From NCBI GenBank assembly GCA_963787125.1, contig CAWBBV010000001.1, positions 64,001-128,000 on the forward strand: a stretch of DNA of 64,000 nucleotides, in the 5' to 3' direction. Made by a program: the position numbers and the translations under genes. Of this stretch, positions 50,651 to 61,430 are shown one piece after another. The notes beneath the pieces were generated by a model that worked only from the letters and a program-made list of their open reading frames with translations, was not told the DNA's origin and ran no database searches. This stretch comes from an uncultured delta proteobacterium. Its GTDB lineage: Bacteria > Desulfobacterota > Desulfuromonadia > Geobacterales > DSM-12255. Numbering within the stretch: the stretch's first letter is position 1; each line of letters starts with the position of its first letter.

Positions 50651-50794
50651 CTGATCAGGCGGCAGCTCTGAAACTGTCCCGCCCAGGAATCGTGGCTAAT
50701 AAATGCAGTGAGGTTCTCCCCTCAATGGATCGAGGCAGTGTCAAAAACTCTGGCGCAGGCGTGTGAGAATGTTACGGGGGGAAATTAGATTCAG

Positions 50795-52552
50795 ATGAAA
50801 TCTTCTGCCAAATGTAGACATGCTGCCGGATTGTTCGTGATCTGCCTTCTGCTGACACTTCTTCCGGTCACTCCCGGCTATTCTGCGCTCGGGAGTGACC
50901 AGCCGGGTCAGGAAGCAGCAATTTCACTGACTCCTGCCGAGAAGGAGTATCTGGCAGCACATCCGCGCATTCAGGTGGGGGTCATGAGTGACTGGCCGCC
51001 GCTGAACTATCTGGATCAGAACAAAAAGCCGCATGGGATAGGGGCAGAGTATCTGGAGGCTCTCAACAAACGGTTGGGAGGAGTTCTCGTCACGGTTTCC
51101 GGGCCGTTCAAGGAAAATTATGACCGGGTGCTGACTGGACAGCTTGACGCAATCATGGACATCACCAGCAGGCCTGACCGGGAAGCGCTCTTCAATTTCA
51201 CCCGCCCCTATATTGTCATTCCCCATGCCATCGTTGGCCGGAAAGGGGGAGCGTATTTCAAGAATGAAAAAGAGCTGGCTGATAAAACGATAGCCCTCGA
51301 ACAGGGGTTCTACAATGTAACCTATTTTAAAATGAACTATCCGGGCATTACCATCAAAGAATACGCATCGACTTCAGCAGCTCTGGATGCGGTTGCGCGC
51401 GGGGAAGCTGACGCCTATGCCGGTAACCGGGCGGTGATCATTCACCTTATGGAAAAGGAGTTGTTTAACAACCTGCAGTTGATGGGCAAGCTAACTGAAT
51501 CAACATCGACACTGCAGATCGGGGTGAGAAAGGACAACCCGGTTCTGGTGGCAATCCTTGATAAAGCACTGCTGGCAATATCGGAAGCGGAAAAAAACGC
51601 AATCTATAGCAAATGGGTTTCCCTTGAGTATAAGCACAATGTTGATTACGCAGTTATCTGGAAAATCGTCGCCGTTTCAGCGGCATTGGTGGCGCTGGTT
51701 ATTTTCTGGAACCGGCGGCTTGGCCGGGAGATTGCCCGGCGCAAAGAGGTTGAAGCGGAATTACAGGCAAATCAGGTACGTCTGGAAGAGCTGCTGCAGG
51801 AACGTACCGCCCAGGGAGCTGAACTACAAGAGGCCAAGGAGCGCGCCGAGGCGGCTGACCAGGTCAAATCAGCATTTCTGGCTACCATGTCCCATGAACT
51901 GCGGACGCCGCTCAACTCAATCATCGGTTTTACCGGAATCCTCCTGCAGGGGCTGGGTGGGCCGATCAATGACGAGCAGGTCAAACAGTTGACCATGGTC
52001 AAGAACAGTGCCAATCATCTGCTCTCCCTGATCAGCGATGTGCTGGACATATCCAAGATTGAGGCCGGCCAGCTGAAGGTTTCTGCCGAACCGTTCAATC
52101 TGCCGGAGTCTATTGTGAAGGTAGTCCAGACTGTGCGTCCTCTTGCCGAGAATAAGGGCCTCTACCTGAACCTCGACATAGCGGAAGGGGTAGTCAGTGT
52201 CAATGCTGATGAACGTCGGGCAGAACAGATTCTGCTCAACCTGCTCAGTAATGCGATCAAGTTTACGGAGCAAGGGGGGATTTCCGTCAGCTGCTATTGT
52301 GAAGCCGGGTACTATGTGACCAGTGTCAGCGACTCCGGTATCGGTATCAAGGCTGATGATCTGGAACCTTTGTTCAAGCCGTTTCATCAGATTGACTCAG
52401 GGCTAAGTCGCAAATATGGCGGGACCGGTCTGGGCCTCTCCATCTGCCAGCGGCTGGCCGAGTTGATGGGCGGCACCGTCGGGGTCAGGAGCGAATACGG
52501 GGCGGGCAGTACCTTCTGGTTCACCCTGCCGGTCAAGACTGATAGTGAATAG
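50795..52552 (+). CDS. Histidine kinase with a periplasmic PBPb/SBP_bac_3 sensor
   Basis: Signal peptide, DWPPL...[18 protein letters not shown] SBP domain, [13 protein letters not shown]. Confidence 0.93.
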   Translation: MKSSAKCRHAAGLFVICLLLTLLPVTPGYSALGSDQPGQEAAISLTPAEKEYLAAHPRIQVGVMSDWPPLNYLDQNKKPHGIGAEYLEALNKRLGGVLVTVSGPFKENYDRVLTGQLDAIMDITSRPDREALFNFTRPYIVIPHAIVGRKGGAYFKNEKELADKTIALEQGFYNVTYFKMNYPGITIKEYASTSAALDAVARGEADAYAGNRAVIIHLMEKELFNNLQLMGKLTESTSTLQIGVRKDNPVLVAILDKALLAISEAEKNAIYSKWVSLEYKHNVDYAVIWKIVAVSAALVALVIFWNRRLGREIARRKEVEAELQANQVRLEELLQERTAQGAELQEAKERAEAADQVKSAFLATMSHELRTPLNSIIGFTGILLQGLGGPINDEQVKQLTMVKNSANHLLSLISDVLDISKIEAGQLKVSAEPFNLPESIVKVVQTVRPLAENKGLYLNLDIAEGVVSVNADERRAEQILLNLLSNAIKFTEQGGISVSCYCEAGYYVTSVSDSGIGIKADDLEPLFKPFHQIDSGLSRKYGGTGLGLSICQRLAELMGGTVGVRSEYGAGSTFWFTLPVKTDSE

Positions 52553-52570
52553 TGCATCAGGGAATTTTTT

Positions 52571-54700
52571 ATGGGTCTGATGAAAATTATCGCCGTTGCT
52601 TGTGTCTATCTCCTGACAGCAGAACTCGGGTTTCTGCTGGCGCTTGATCAGACCAATGCCAGTGCCGTCTGGCCCCCCGCAGGAATTGCCCTGGCAGCCT
52701 GCCTGGTATTCGGGATCCGCATCTGGCCCGGTATTTTTCTGGGCGCCTTTCTTGCCAACAGCATCATGCTGGCAGGCACCCCTTTTTCAACGCTGCCAGC
52801 CCTGATGGTTTCATTGAGCACGGCGGGCGGCAATACCCTCGAAGCGCTGCTGGGCGCCTGGCTCGTGCGCCGATTCATCCCCGGTCGGCTTCCGTTCGAG
52901 CGCACTCAGGACGCCTTCCGCTTCATTCTGCTGGGTGCTCTGGCAAGTCCGTGTGTCAGCGCAACCATCGGCGGTATCAGTTTTTGTCTTTACAGCAGCG
53001 ACTGGTCCCGTTGGGGGCAGATCCTGCTGACCTGGTGGTTGGGCGATGCTGTCGGCGTCATCGTCTTTGCCCCATTGCTGCTTACCTGGAAAAATCGTAG
53101 CTTGCTTCGCTGGGACAAGAGTAAGGCGGCTGAAACTGTGGCTCTATTAGCCCTGCTGCTGTTTACGGAACTGATCATCTTTCCGCTGAATGCTCCTGTT
53201 GAGTATCTGCTCATTCCGCTGCTTTTCTGGACTGCTTTCCGTTTCGGTCAGTTCGAGTCTGCTGTTACCGTTACCCTGGCCATGGTGACTTTTCTGCTCT
53301 GGACCGTTAACGGTTTCGGCCCTTTTGCCGGTCAGCCGATTAATACAACGCTCCTGTTTCTCCAGTCATATATTGGCGTGGCATCAGCTGCTACTCTCAT
53401 TCTTTCGACACTTATAGCTGCCCGCAACCGGGCTGAGAGTCAGTTGCTGGACTACCAGACCAATTTGGAAAAACTGGTCACGGCGCGGACTGCTGAACTG
53501 CAGCAAGCCAATGTGCGTCTCGCGGAAGAGGTTGAAGAGCGTGTCCGGGCCGAACAGACGCTCATTGAACGCGAGTCGCAGTATCGCGACCTGGTGGAGA
53601 GCGCCAACTGTGTTATCCTTCGTTGGTTGCCGGATGGCAGGATCACATTTTTCAATCGATTTGCCCTTAATTTTTTCGGGTATAGTGAAGAGGAGATAGT
53701 GAACCGTAACATCCTTGACACGGTTGTTCCCAACGAGGATTCCAACGGCCACGAGCTCAAATATCTGGCTGCGGACATTGTTGCCAATCCGCAAGCCTAT
53801 GAGAGAAACGAAAATGAGAATGTTCGCAAGAATGGGGAACGGGTCTGGGTTGCCTGGACCAACAAGCCGATTCTCCAAACTGATGGAACTGTCACGGAAA
53901 TTCTCTCCATCGGTGTTGACATCACCCGATTGGTAAATACTGAGCGGGAACTGCGGCAGACTCTGGATGAGCTTGCCGTTGCCAAGGAGCATGCCGAGGC
54001 TGCTGACCGGATGAAATCGGCCTTCCTTGCCACCATGTCCCATGAGCTCCGCACGCCGCTCAACTCCATTATCGGTTTTACCGGTATTCTGCTGCAGCGC
54101 CTGGGCGGGCCGCTCAACGAGGAGCAGGAAAAGCAGCTGACCATGGTAAAAACGAGCGCCAATCATCTTTTGTCGCTGATCAGTGACGTGTTGGACCTTT
54201 CCAAGATCGAAGCCGGTCAGTTGACCGTGGCGTGCGTGCCACTGGACCTGAAGGCCACAATAGGCAAGGTTGTTCAGAGTGTGCGTCCACTGGTGGAAAA
54301 GAAAGGCCTTGAATTACACGTCGATCTGGCAGACAACGTCGACAGTGTCAATGCCGATGAGCGCAGAGTGGAACAAATTCTGCTCAACCTGCTCAGTAAC
54401 GCCGTCAAATTTACCGAACAGGGTGCAATCTCGATCCGCTGCGTCCGCGCAGCGCGAGAGTATGTGCTTGCCGTGACTGACACCGGCATCGGCATCACGG
54501 AGAATGACTTGAAGCGGCTGTTTGAGCCGTTCTACCAGATTGATACCGGCTTGAGCCGCAAATATGAAGGCACCGGTCTGGGGCTTTCTATTTCTAAAAA
54601 AATGGTAGAATTGATGGGTGGCACTATCCGGGTTGAAAGCTGTCCGGGGACAGGGAGCAGCTTCATATTTACACTTCCGTTGGAAAGGAGTCCGGCATGA
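52571..54700 (+). CDS. MASE1-PAS histidine kinase
   Basis: [18 protein letters not shown] (MASE1), [11 protein letters not shown]. Confidence 0.93.
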   Translation: MGLMKIIAVACVYLLTAELGFLLALDQTNASAVWPPAGIALAACLVFGIRIWPGIFLGAFLANSIMLAGTPFSTLPALMVSLSTAGGNTLEALLGAWLVRRFIPGRLPFERTQDAFRFILLGALASPCVSATIGGISFCLYSSDWSRWGQILLTWWLGDAVGVIVFAPLLLTWKNRSLLRWDKSKAAETVALLALLLFTELIIFPLNAPVEYLLIPLLFWTAFRFGQFESAVTVTLAMVTFLLWTVNGFGPFAGQPINTTLLFLQSYIGVASAATLILSTLIAARNRAESQLLDYQTNLEKLVTARTAELQQANVRLAEEVEERVRAEQTLIERESQYRDLVESANCVILRWLPDGRITFFNRFALNFFGYSEEEIVNRNILDTVVPNEDSNGHELKYLAADIVANPQAYERNENENVRKNGERVWVAWTNKPILQTDGTVTEILSIGVDITRLVNTERELRQTLDELAVAKEHAEAADRMKSAFLATMSHELRTPLNSIIGFTGILLQRLGGPLNEEQEKQLTMVKTSANHLLSLISDVLDLSKIEAGQLTVACVPLDLKATIGKVVQSVRPLVEKKGLELHVDLADNVDSVNADERRVEQILLNLLSNAVKFTEQGAISIRCVRAAREYVLAVTDTGIGITENDLKRLFEPFYQIDTGLSRKYEGTGLGLSISKKMVELMGGTIRVESCPGTGSSFIFTLPLERSPA

Positions 54701-55086
54701 AAAAAAAGATTCTCTATATTGAGGATAATGAGCAAAATCTGTATCTGGTGACCTTTATCCTGGAAAAGCATGGCTATGAGGTTCATGCCGCAATGGACGG
54801 TCAGGCGGGTATCGATAGCGCTGCCAGGCTGTTGCCGGATCTGATCCTTCTGGATATTCAGCTGCCGCAGATGGATGGCTATGCCGTTGCCCGGCAGTTA
54901 CGGGCCAATGCCGTTCTTGCCGGGGTACCGATTGTGGCGGTTACTTCCTACGCAATGGCCGGTGACCGTGAAAAAGCGCTTGCTGCCGGCTGCAACGGTT
55001 ACATTGAAAAACCGATCAACCCGGATACGTTCATGGCTCAGGTAGAGATGCATCTGTCGTCAGCCGGTGAGCAGGGGGTATTGTAA
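54697..55086 (+). CDS. Single-domain response regulator (DivK-like)
   Basis: IEDNEQN, LDIQLP, AVTSYAMAGDREKALAAGC. Confidence 0.93.
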   Translation: MKKKILYIEDNEQNLYLVTFILEKHGYEVHAAMDGQAGIDSAARLLPDLILLDIQLPQMDGYAVARQLRANAVLAGVPIVAVTSYAMAGDREKALAAGCNGYIEKPINPDTFMAQVEMHLSSAGEQGVL

Positions 55087-55088
55087 TC

Positions 55089-56771
55089 ATGGAAAGCATA
55101 CTGATTGTCGATGATCTCCCCGAAAATCTCTATTTCCTGGAAGTGTTGCTGAAAGGGAACGGGTTTGCGGTGCAATCCGCCAGTAATGGCGCAGAAGCGC
55201 TTGTTATAGCCCGTAACAATCCGCCTGACCTGGTAGTGGCCGATATCCTGATGCCGGTGATGGACGGTTATCTCCTCTGCCGGGAGTGGCGCGCTGACAA
55301 GCGGCTCAAGCAGATACCATTCATATTCTACACGGCCACTTTTACCGAAAAAAATGATGAGAAACTGGCGCTTGGTCTCGGCGCCGACCGCTTTATCGTC
55401 AAACCCCAGGAACCGGATACCTTGCTGGCAATTATTCGCGAGGTACTCGCAGCTCCCCGGAGCAGTGTTGCGTTAACGGATGGCCCATCTCCGAATGAAA
55501 GCGAGCTTGTTACGGCTTACAATGAAGCCCTGATCCGCAAGCTGGAAAAGAAAATGTCCGACCTGGAAAGCGTTAACAAGGCGCTTGAACAGCAGATAGA
55601 AGCCCAGAAGCGTCTTGAAGAGCAGCTGCGCCATGCGCAGAAGATGGAGGCAATCGGTCGCTTCTCTGCCGGCATTGCTCACGATTTGAACAATATCCTC
55701 TCAGTTGTTCTCGGCTACAGTACGTTACTGCAGATGCAGATGTCCTCTGCTGATCCGCAACGAAAAATGATCGATCAGATTCTTACCGCCGTAGACAGAG
55801 CGGCGAATCTGACTCGAAGTCTCCTGGTTTTCAGCCGAAAGCAGGAAATCAAACTGCAACCGCTCGACCTGAATAAATGTATCAGGAATGTGGAAACTTT
55901 TCTGCACAGGATTATTGGTGAAGACATCAAGCTGGTTACGTCGCTTGCGGAGGAAGCTATCCTGATCCATGCTGATGGCGGCAATATTGAACAGGTTTTG
56001 ATGAATCTGGCGACCAATGCACGTGACGCCATGGCTGCTGGCGGTATTCTGTCAATCAATACAGGAATTGTTGTGATAGACGAGGAATTTATCCGGATGC
56101 ATGGCTATGGAACACCCGGACGTTATGCTTTTGTCACCTTTGCTGACACGGGCTGCGGCATGGACGAAGCGACCCGGCAAAAGATATTCGAACCCTTTTT
56201 TACTACCAAGGAGAGTGGCAAGGGGACGGGATTGGGACTGGCAATCATCTACAGTATTATCGAACAGCATCATGGACATGTCAGTGTCTATAGCGATCCG
56301 GGGGAAGGGACCACGTTCAGAATCATCCTGCCGCTCTTGCCGGACGAAAGTTCCTTGCCGGAGAGAGAAGCATGCTGCCAACCGTTGCGGGGGGGGGATG
56401 AAACCATACTGATCGTTGATGACGAACTTGCAATCAGGGAGTACCTGCAGATATTTTTGACGACCCTCGGGTATAGAGTGCTGCTTGCTCAGGATGGCCG
56501 GGAAGCAATTCAGGTTTATTGTGACCCGGGAGCTGCCGTCGATCTTGTGCTGATGGATGTTATCATGCCGAATATGAATGGCAGTGAGGCTGCCCTTGAG
56601 ATCAGGAGAATTAACAACGCAGCAAAAATTATTTTTACCAGCGGCTATCCGTACGACCTTATTCATGAACGAAAACTGCTGGAAGATGATGCTGAGCTTC
56701 TAATGAAGCCACTGACGCCGACTGATCTTGCCGAAAAATTGCGGGCTGTTCTCGATAAAAGGAATATATAA
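55089..56771 (+). CDS. Hybrid kinase REC-HisKA-HATPase-REC
   Basis: [27 protein letters not shown], two receiver domains. Confidence 0.93.
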   Translation: MESILIVDDLPENLYFLEVLLKGNGFAVQSASNGAEALVIARNNPPDLVVADILMPVMDGYLLCREWRADKRLKQIPFIFYTATFTEKNDEKLALGLGADRFIVKPQEPDTLLAIIREVLAAPRSSVALTDGPSPNESELVTAYNEALIRKLEKKMSDLESVNKALEQQIEAQKRLEEQLRHAQKMEAIGRFSAGIAHDLNNILSVVLGYSTLLQMQMSSADPQRKMIDQILTAVDRAANLTRSLLVFSRKQEIKLQPLDLNKCIRNVETFLHRIIGEDIKLVTSLAEEAILIHADGGNIEQVLMNLATNARDAMAAGGILSINTGIVVIDEEFIRMHGYGTPGRYAFVTFADTGCGMDEATRQKIFEPFFTTKESGKGTGLGLAIIYSIIEQHHGHVSVYSDPGEGTTFRIILPLLPDESSLPEREACCQPLRGGDETILIVDDELAIREYLQIFLTTLGYRVLLAQDGREAIQVYCDPGAAVDLVLMDVIMPNMNGSEAALEIRRINNAAKIIFTSGYPYDLIHERKLLEDDAELLMKPLTPTDLAEKLRAVLDKRNI

Positions 56772-56779
56772 AGGTTAAG

Positions 56780-56970
56780 TTGGACAAATCCTTCTGGCAC
56801 CTCAAAAAAAATTCAGGAAGTGCTCCCCATCTGCATGGAGTGCGGCAAGGTCAAAACAGCCGATTCATCCTGGGAGGATGTGGTCGGCTTTCTAAAAAAA
56901 CATTCCTTGTTTCTCAGCCATGGCTACTGTCCGGATTGCGCCGACAAGATAATCAGCAGTTTACAAATAA
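56780..56970 (+). pseudogene. Frameshifted duplicate of the 3' end of the response regulator at 49847-50620
   Basis: DKSFWHLKK, then A8 instead of A7, then IQEVLPICMECGKVKTADSSWEDVVGFL...SHGYCPDC. Confidence 0.9.
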
Positions 56971-56995
56971 ACCCAACTAAGCGTGGAGATGCTCA

Positions 56996-57661
56996 ATGAT
57001 AACGGTAAATGACGGCTTTGCAGCCACACTTAGAGAGGATTTTCTTAACGAAATTCTTGCTGGTAAACGCAAGCCCGCGCTGGAAATTATTATGAATGCC
57101 TACCATGGAGGCTATCCGATACCAGGTATCTATATGGATGTTTTTCAGGAAGCTCTTTACGAGATTGGCCGCCTCTGGGAAACAAATCAGATTACTGTGG
57201 CTGACGAACATATGGGGACCGCCATAACCCAGTATGTCATGTCGAATCTGTACCAGTATCTCGAAGTTGCAGACAGCCGGAGGGGCAAGCTCGTTATGAC
57301 CGGCGTTCAGGGGGAACTGCACCAGGTAGGAGCCAATATGGTTGCGGATGTTATGGAAGCTGACGGCTGGGATGTCATGTTTCTGGGCACCAATGTACCT
57401 GCCGAGGGCGTTATAGAGTCAATCAGGCAGCACAAGGCCGATCTTTTCGGGATTTCATCAACCATGTATTTCAATATTCCCAAGGTGATCGAGCTAGTTG
57501 AAGCAACGCGTAAGGAGTTCGGTGATTCAATCAGAATAATGCTGGGAGGCGGGGCATTCAGGTCGCTCCCGAAACTGCCGCCGGAACTGGAAGGCTGCAT
57601 TGTTGCCCTCAGTCTACGCGAAGCACTGGACACGACACGGACGCTAGAGAATAACGCGTAG
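56996..57661 (+). CDS. Stand-alone cobalamin-binding domain protein
   Basis: Cap-domain W-x9-EH (WETNQITVADEH) and Rossmann ExHxxG (GELHQVG), LGTNVP. Confidence 0.9.
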   Translation: MITVNDGFAATLREDFLNEILAGKRKPALEIIMNAYHGGYPIPGIYMDVFQEALYEIGRLWETNQITVADEHMGTAITQYVMSNLYQYLEVADSRRGKLVMTGVQGELHQVGANMVADVMEADGWDVMFLGTNVPAEGVIESIRQHKADLFGISSTMYFNIPKVIELVEATRKEFGDSIRIMLGGGAFRSLPKLPPELEGCIVALSLREALDTTRTLENNA

Positions 57662-57712
57662 CTACAAAAGCCCCTGCTCCACAAAACTGAAGTAACTGCC
57701 GGCGCCGATGAT
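57662..57712 (-). repeat. Duplicate of the radC 3' end
   Basis: 43/44 identity between 57669-57712 and 59278-59321; encodes IIGAGSYFSFVEQGLL-stop. Confidence 0.92.
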
Positions 57713-57853
57713 CGTATGAGCGGAAATGCAGCGCAGGACTATTTTACATAATATCAGGCAGTCACGCCTGAATTGGGCAAGCCGAAGTAACTGAAATTTT
57801 AATCTTACGTTCAATTCTAGTGCGGACCGATGCGGAGATTGGCGGTGAACAGG

Positions 57854-59110
57854 TCATACCGTGGCATCACGTCCCCACAAAGTTGAGATGGGGACTGCGC
57901 AAAGTCGATCTCCCAGCGGCATGATTTCCTCGCCATCATATAACACCACACCCATTTTGAAGCAGTCGCCCGTAGTTGAGGCCAATCGCTTGAGCCCCTT
58001 AAGATCGCTTGACTTTATTGAGGCGGTAGCCTTGACCTCCACCCCTATCAACTGACCACCGGCATCTTCAATAACGATATCAACCTCATATTGATCATGA
58101 TCCCGATAGTAAAGCAGCTGGTAATCACCATCAGCAGTTGCCGCATGCTTGCGAAGCTCACCATATACGAAGGTTTCCAGTAAACTGCCGAACCCGCTGC
58201 GATTCTGCCCTGCCCCAGCCGATGAAACATCAAGCAGAGTAGCAAGCAGCCCCGAATCAATAAACTGAAGTTTTGGGGTTTTAACTACCCGGCTCAGACG
58301 ATTGGCCGCATAGACGTCAATGCGCCTGAGCAGAAACATCTGTTCAAACAGGCCGACATAGCGAGCTGCTGTTTTGTGATCAAGCCGCAACTGACCGCCC
58401 AGCTGGCTATAGTTGCAGAGTTGCCCGGAAACCTGCGCCAACGCCCGCAGAAAACGAGGGAGTAAATCGAGGCGATCTACGCCGGCCAGGTCACGCACAT
58501 CACGCTGGATAAGCGCATCAATATACTGCCTGGACCACGCCGTGCGACGCCGCGCTGTTGCGCGGGAAGCAGCTTCCGGATAACCGCCGCGCAGTACCGC
58601 TTCAACAAGTTCATTACCTGTCAGCACTATATGAGGTTCCGGAAAACGCCCGCTGAAGACTGAATCAAGCCAGTTGGTCGTGCCGCCATGCATCTCGCTT
58701 TGCGACAGGGGGAGCAATGACAGAGTCTCCATTCTACCCGCCAGCGAGTCTGCTACAGCCGGCAGCGTCATTAGATTCGCCGAACCGGTTAACAGAAAGC
58801 GCCCGGGGCGCCGGTCTTCATCTATTGTTTTCTTAATGGCCAGCAGCAACTGCGGCGCGCGCTGGATTTCATCAATGACAACTCTGCCCTGGACACGAAT
58901 CATCCCCACAGGATCTTCCACTGCAGCTAATCGGGTCATTTCGTCATCAAGTGTGAGGTAGCGCATTCCGCGAGTGGCTGCTACCCGGCGCACCAAAGTC
59001 GTTTTTCCAGCCTGACGTGGTCCGGAAATCATGACAACGGGTGTATCTGTCAATGCTTCAATAACTCTCGGTTCAACATGTCGGGGATATACAGTCAAGG
59101 GAGTGCTCAT
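57854..59110 (-). CDS. AAA+ ATPase with a DUF4143/PD-(D/E)XK-like C-terminus
   Basis: GPRQAGKTT, IDEIQ, LTGSAN, YRDHDQYEVDIVIE...VEVKA. Confidence 0.9.
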   Translation of the reverse strand: MSTPLTVYPRHVEPRVIEALTDTPVVMISGPRQAGKTTLVRRVAATRGMRYLTLDDEMTRLAAVEDPVGMIRVQGRVVIDEIQRAPQLLLAIKKTIDEDRRPGRFLLTGSANLMTLPAVADSLAGRMETLSLLPLSQSEMHGGTTNWLDSVFSGRFPEPHIVLTGNELVEAVLRGGYPEAASRATARRRTAWSRQYIDALIQRDVRDLAGVDRLDLLPRFLRALAQVSGQLCNYSQLGGQLRLDHKTAARYVGLFEQMFLLRRIDVYAANRLSRVVKTPKLQFIDSGLLATLLDVSSAGAGQNRSGFGSLLETFVYGELRKHAATADGDYQLLYYRDHDQYEVDIVIEDAGGQLIGVEVKATASIKSSDLKGLKRLASTTGDCFKMGVVLYDGEEIMPLGDRLCAVPISTLWGRDATV

Positions 59111-59133
59111 AGTGAGGATATACTACCGTGTAG

Positions 59134-59185
59134 TTGGGAATATAACAATATATAATTGGGAATCTGTAGTCGTGTTATTGGGAAT
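59134..59185. promoter_or_regulatory. Three TTGGGAAT direct repeats with a 22-bp period
   Basis: Copies start at 59134, 59156 and 59178, directly upstream of the ATPase gene. Confidence 0.7.
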
Positions 59186-59270
59186 GATACTGATCATGGC
59201 AGCACCATCTGCTGGAATACTGCCATCTGGAGACACTGACGAAGGTGCGATTCATTTCAATTCAACAGTC

Positions 59271-59957
59271 CTAAAGCAGCCCCTGCTCCACAAAACTGAA
59301 GTAACTGCCGTCGCCGATGATGATGTGGTCGAGCACCCGTATCCCGAGAACATCCCCCGCCTCTTTCAGACGCCTGGTGATCTCCCGGTCTTCGCGGCTT
59401 GGCGCTGGATCGCCTGAGGGGTGATTGTGGACAAGAATGACGGCGGCGGCAGACTCTTTCACCGCCCGGCAAAAAACCTCCCGCGGGTGAACGATGCTCT
59501 GATTGAGAGAGCCTTCAGAGACCTGCTCTTCCAGAATTATTCTGTTTTTCCCATCCAGCAGCAGCACGATAAAGTACTCCCGGCGGCGGTCTCTGAAACG
59601 ATAGTGAAAGTGATTGAATATCTGGGCTGGGGCGGTGAATCTTTCGAGGTTTTCAAGCTTGTCGGTGTTAATCCGCTTGCCAAGAGCCAGGGCAGCCAGA
59701 ACGGAGGACGCTTTGGCAGGACCGGCCCCTTTGACGCTGCATATTTCAGTGAATGTTGCCGAGGCGAGTTTGCGGAGATCGCCGAAGGTCTGGAGCATGT
59801 TGCGCCCCAGGTCTATGGCGCTCTGATGAGATGCGTGGTCGCCGGAACGAAGGATAAGTGCCAGGAGCTCAGCATCGCTTAAGGAATCGGCGCCGGCCTG
59901 TTGCAGCTTCTCCCTGGGGCGCTCAGCTTCCGGCCAGTCTTTTATCCCACCCTTCAT
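59271..59957 (-). CDS. radC: RadC JAB-domain protein
   Basis: ERPREKL, VHPREVF, HNHPSGDP-x-PS, LDHIII. Confidence 0.96.
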   Translation of the reverse strand: MKGGIKDWPEAERPREKLQQAGADSLSDAELLALILRSGDHASHQSAIDLGRNMLQTFGDLRKLASATFTEICSVKGAGPAKASSVLAALALGKRINTDKLENLERFTAPAQIFNHFHYRFRDRRREYFIVLLLDGKNRIILEEQVSEGSLNQSIVHPREVFCRAVKESAAAVILVHNHPSGDPAPSREDREITRRLKEAGDVLGIRVLDHIIIGDGSYFSFVEQGLL

Positions 59958-59965
59958 AGCTCCTC

Positions 59966-60769
59966 CTAAACCAGCAGCAGAAAGATCACCCCTGCTGCCA
60001 AGCGATACCAGACAAACGGATAAAGTGAATAGCGCTGCACGAGCTTAAGCAGAAAGACAACACTCAAATAACCGAAAAAGGCCGAGCTTGCCACACCGAT
60101 AAGAAGCGGTGTTGTCTCCCCGGCGGGAATGCCGGTTTTCAGGAGATGCCCGACTTTGAGAATCGCCGCACCGCAGACTATCGGCAAGGAGAGGAGGAAA
60201 GAGAAGCGGGCGGAACTTTCGCGGTTATAGCCGAGCAACAGAGCCGCTGTAATCGTTATTCCGGAGCGGGAAACTCCCGGCACAAGCGCCAGACACTGGG
60301 CAAGCCCGATCAGAAGCGCAGCTTTAAGGGTTATCTTGTCGAGTTTCCATCTTTTTGCCCCGGTCGTATCGGCAAACGCCAGCAGTAGTCCAAAGCTGAT
60401 AAGAAATAAGCAGATAAGAGTTGGACTGTGGCGGAAAATATTCTCAATCGGCTCTTCCAGAGTCTTGCCGACAATAGCTGCCGGCACTGTGCCGATGATG
60501 ATGTACCAGGGTAGGCGGTTTCCTGAAGTCTGCAGGCCTTTCCCGCTGATACTGCTGAAAAAATTGTAGGTCATATCAAAGATGTCGCGCCAGAAATAGA
60601 GCGCCAGCGCAATAAATGAGCCGACATGAAGAGCAACGTCGAAGGTCAGGCCCGATTCAGGCCAGCCTAACAGTTTCGGGATAATGATTAAATGTGCTGA
60701 ACTGCTGATAGGCAGAACTTCGGTGAGGCCTTGAACCGCCCCGAGGACTAATGCGTGCAGATTATTCAT
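59966..60769 (-). CDS. uppP: Undecaprenyl-diphosphate phosphatase
   Basis: QGLTEVLPISSSAH, PGVSRSGIT. Confidence 0.96.
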   Translation of the reverse strand: MNNLHALVLGAVQGLTEVLPISSSAHLIIIPKLLGWPESGLTFDVALHVGSFIALALYFWRDIFDMTYNFFSSISGKGLQTSGNRLPWYIIIGTVPAAIVGKTLEEPIENIFRHSPTLICLFLISFGLLLAFADTTGAKRWKLDKITLKAALLIGLAQCLALVPGVSRSGITITAALLLGYNRESSARFSFLLSLPIVCGAAILKVGHLLKTGIPAGETTPLLIGVASSAFFGYLSVVFLLKLVQRYSLYPFVWYRLAAGVIFLLLV

Positions 60770-60790
60770 TTAAATTTGCTCCTTTGAGGA

Positions 60791-61276
60791 CTACTCGTCC
60801 AGAGATTCACCGGTCGTCTCCATCTCTCTGGTAAGCTCATCAAGAGCTTCATCCTTTTTCCTGAATCTTACAATCAGCCAGTAACAGAGGAAGTAGGCGA
60901 CTACCGCAAGCACAAAGCCGATGATTGAAGAGCCGAGAATGAGTGAACTGGCATTTTTTTTCAGCATCGCCCACTCGAGACCTCTGATTTTAAGTTCACC
61001 AGGAGGTCGTCCCAGCAAAATCCTGCCCAGCTTGTAGCTGAGCCCAAGAATCGGGACGACCGTTAACGGTGTGTTTATCCAGGCGCCGGTAATACAGGTC
61101 AGCTTGTTGAGCCGGAACAGAAAGGCTGCGGCTATCGCCATGGGGGTATGGATACCAAAGAAAGGGGTGAAACTGATAAAAACGCCGACTGCAAAGCCGA
61201 GGGAAATATGCCGGGGATGACTGTCCAGTGAGAGAATTTTCCTGAAGCGTTCTTTCCAGACCTCTTTATTAAGCAA
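60791..61276 (-). CDS. DUF2062 family membrane protein
   Basis: SHPRHISLGFAVGVFISFTPFFGIHT, WINTPLT. Confidence 0.85.
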   Translation of the reverse strand: MLNKEVWKERFRKILSLDSHPRHISLGFAVGVFISFTPFFGIHTPMAIAAAFLFRLNKLTCITGAWINTPLTVVPILGLSYKLGRILLGRPPGELKIRGLEWAMLKKNASSLILGSSIIGFVLAVVAYFLCYWLIVRFRKKDEALDELTREMETTGESLDE

Positions 61277-61375
61277 TAAAATTCTCCAGGAGATTAATTA
61301 AGGTGGAAGTCTAGTGCCGTGGGCTGTTTTTGTCAATTGAAGCCTGCACCAAAGCTGATAAAATTAAGATGCGGC

Positions 61376-61403
61376 TTGACATTCGTGAAGTTACATATAT
61401 AAT
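61376..61403 (+). promoter_or_regulatory. Consensus sigma70 promoter
   Basis: TTGACA-16-TATAAT. Confidence 0.7.
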
Positions 61404-61430
61404 TTTACATATATTTATCAGAGGGTAAAA

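Noticed and set aside
56780..56980. 66-aa ORF as a real protein
   Set aside because: It is the out-of-frame reading of a frameshifted duplicate gene tail
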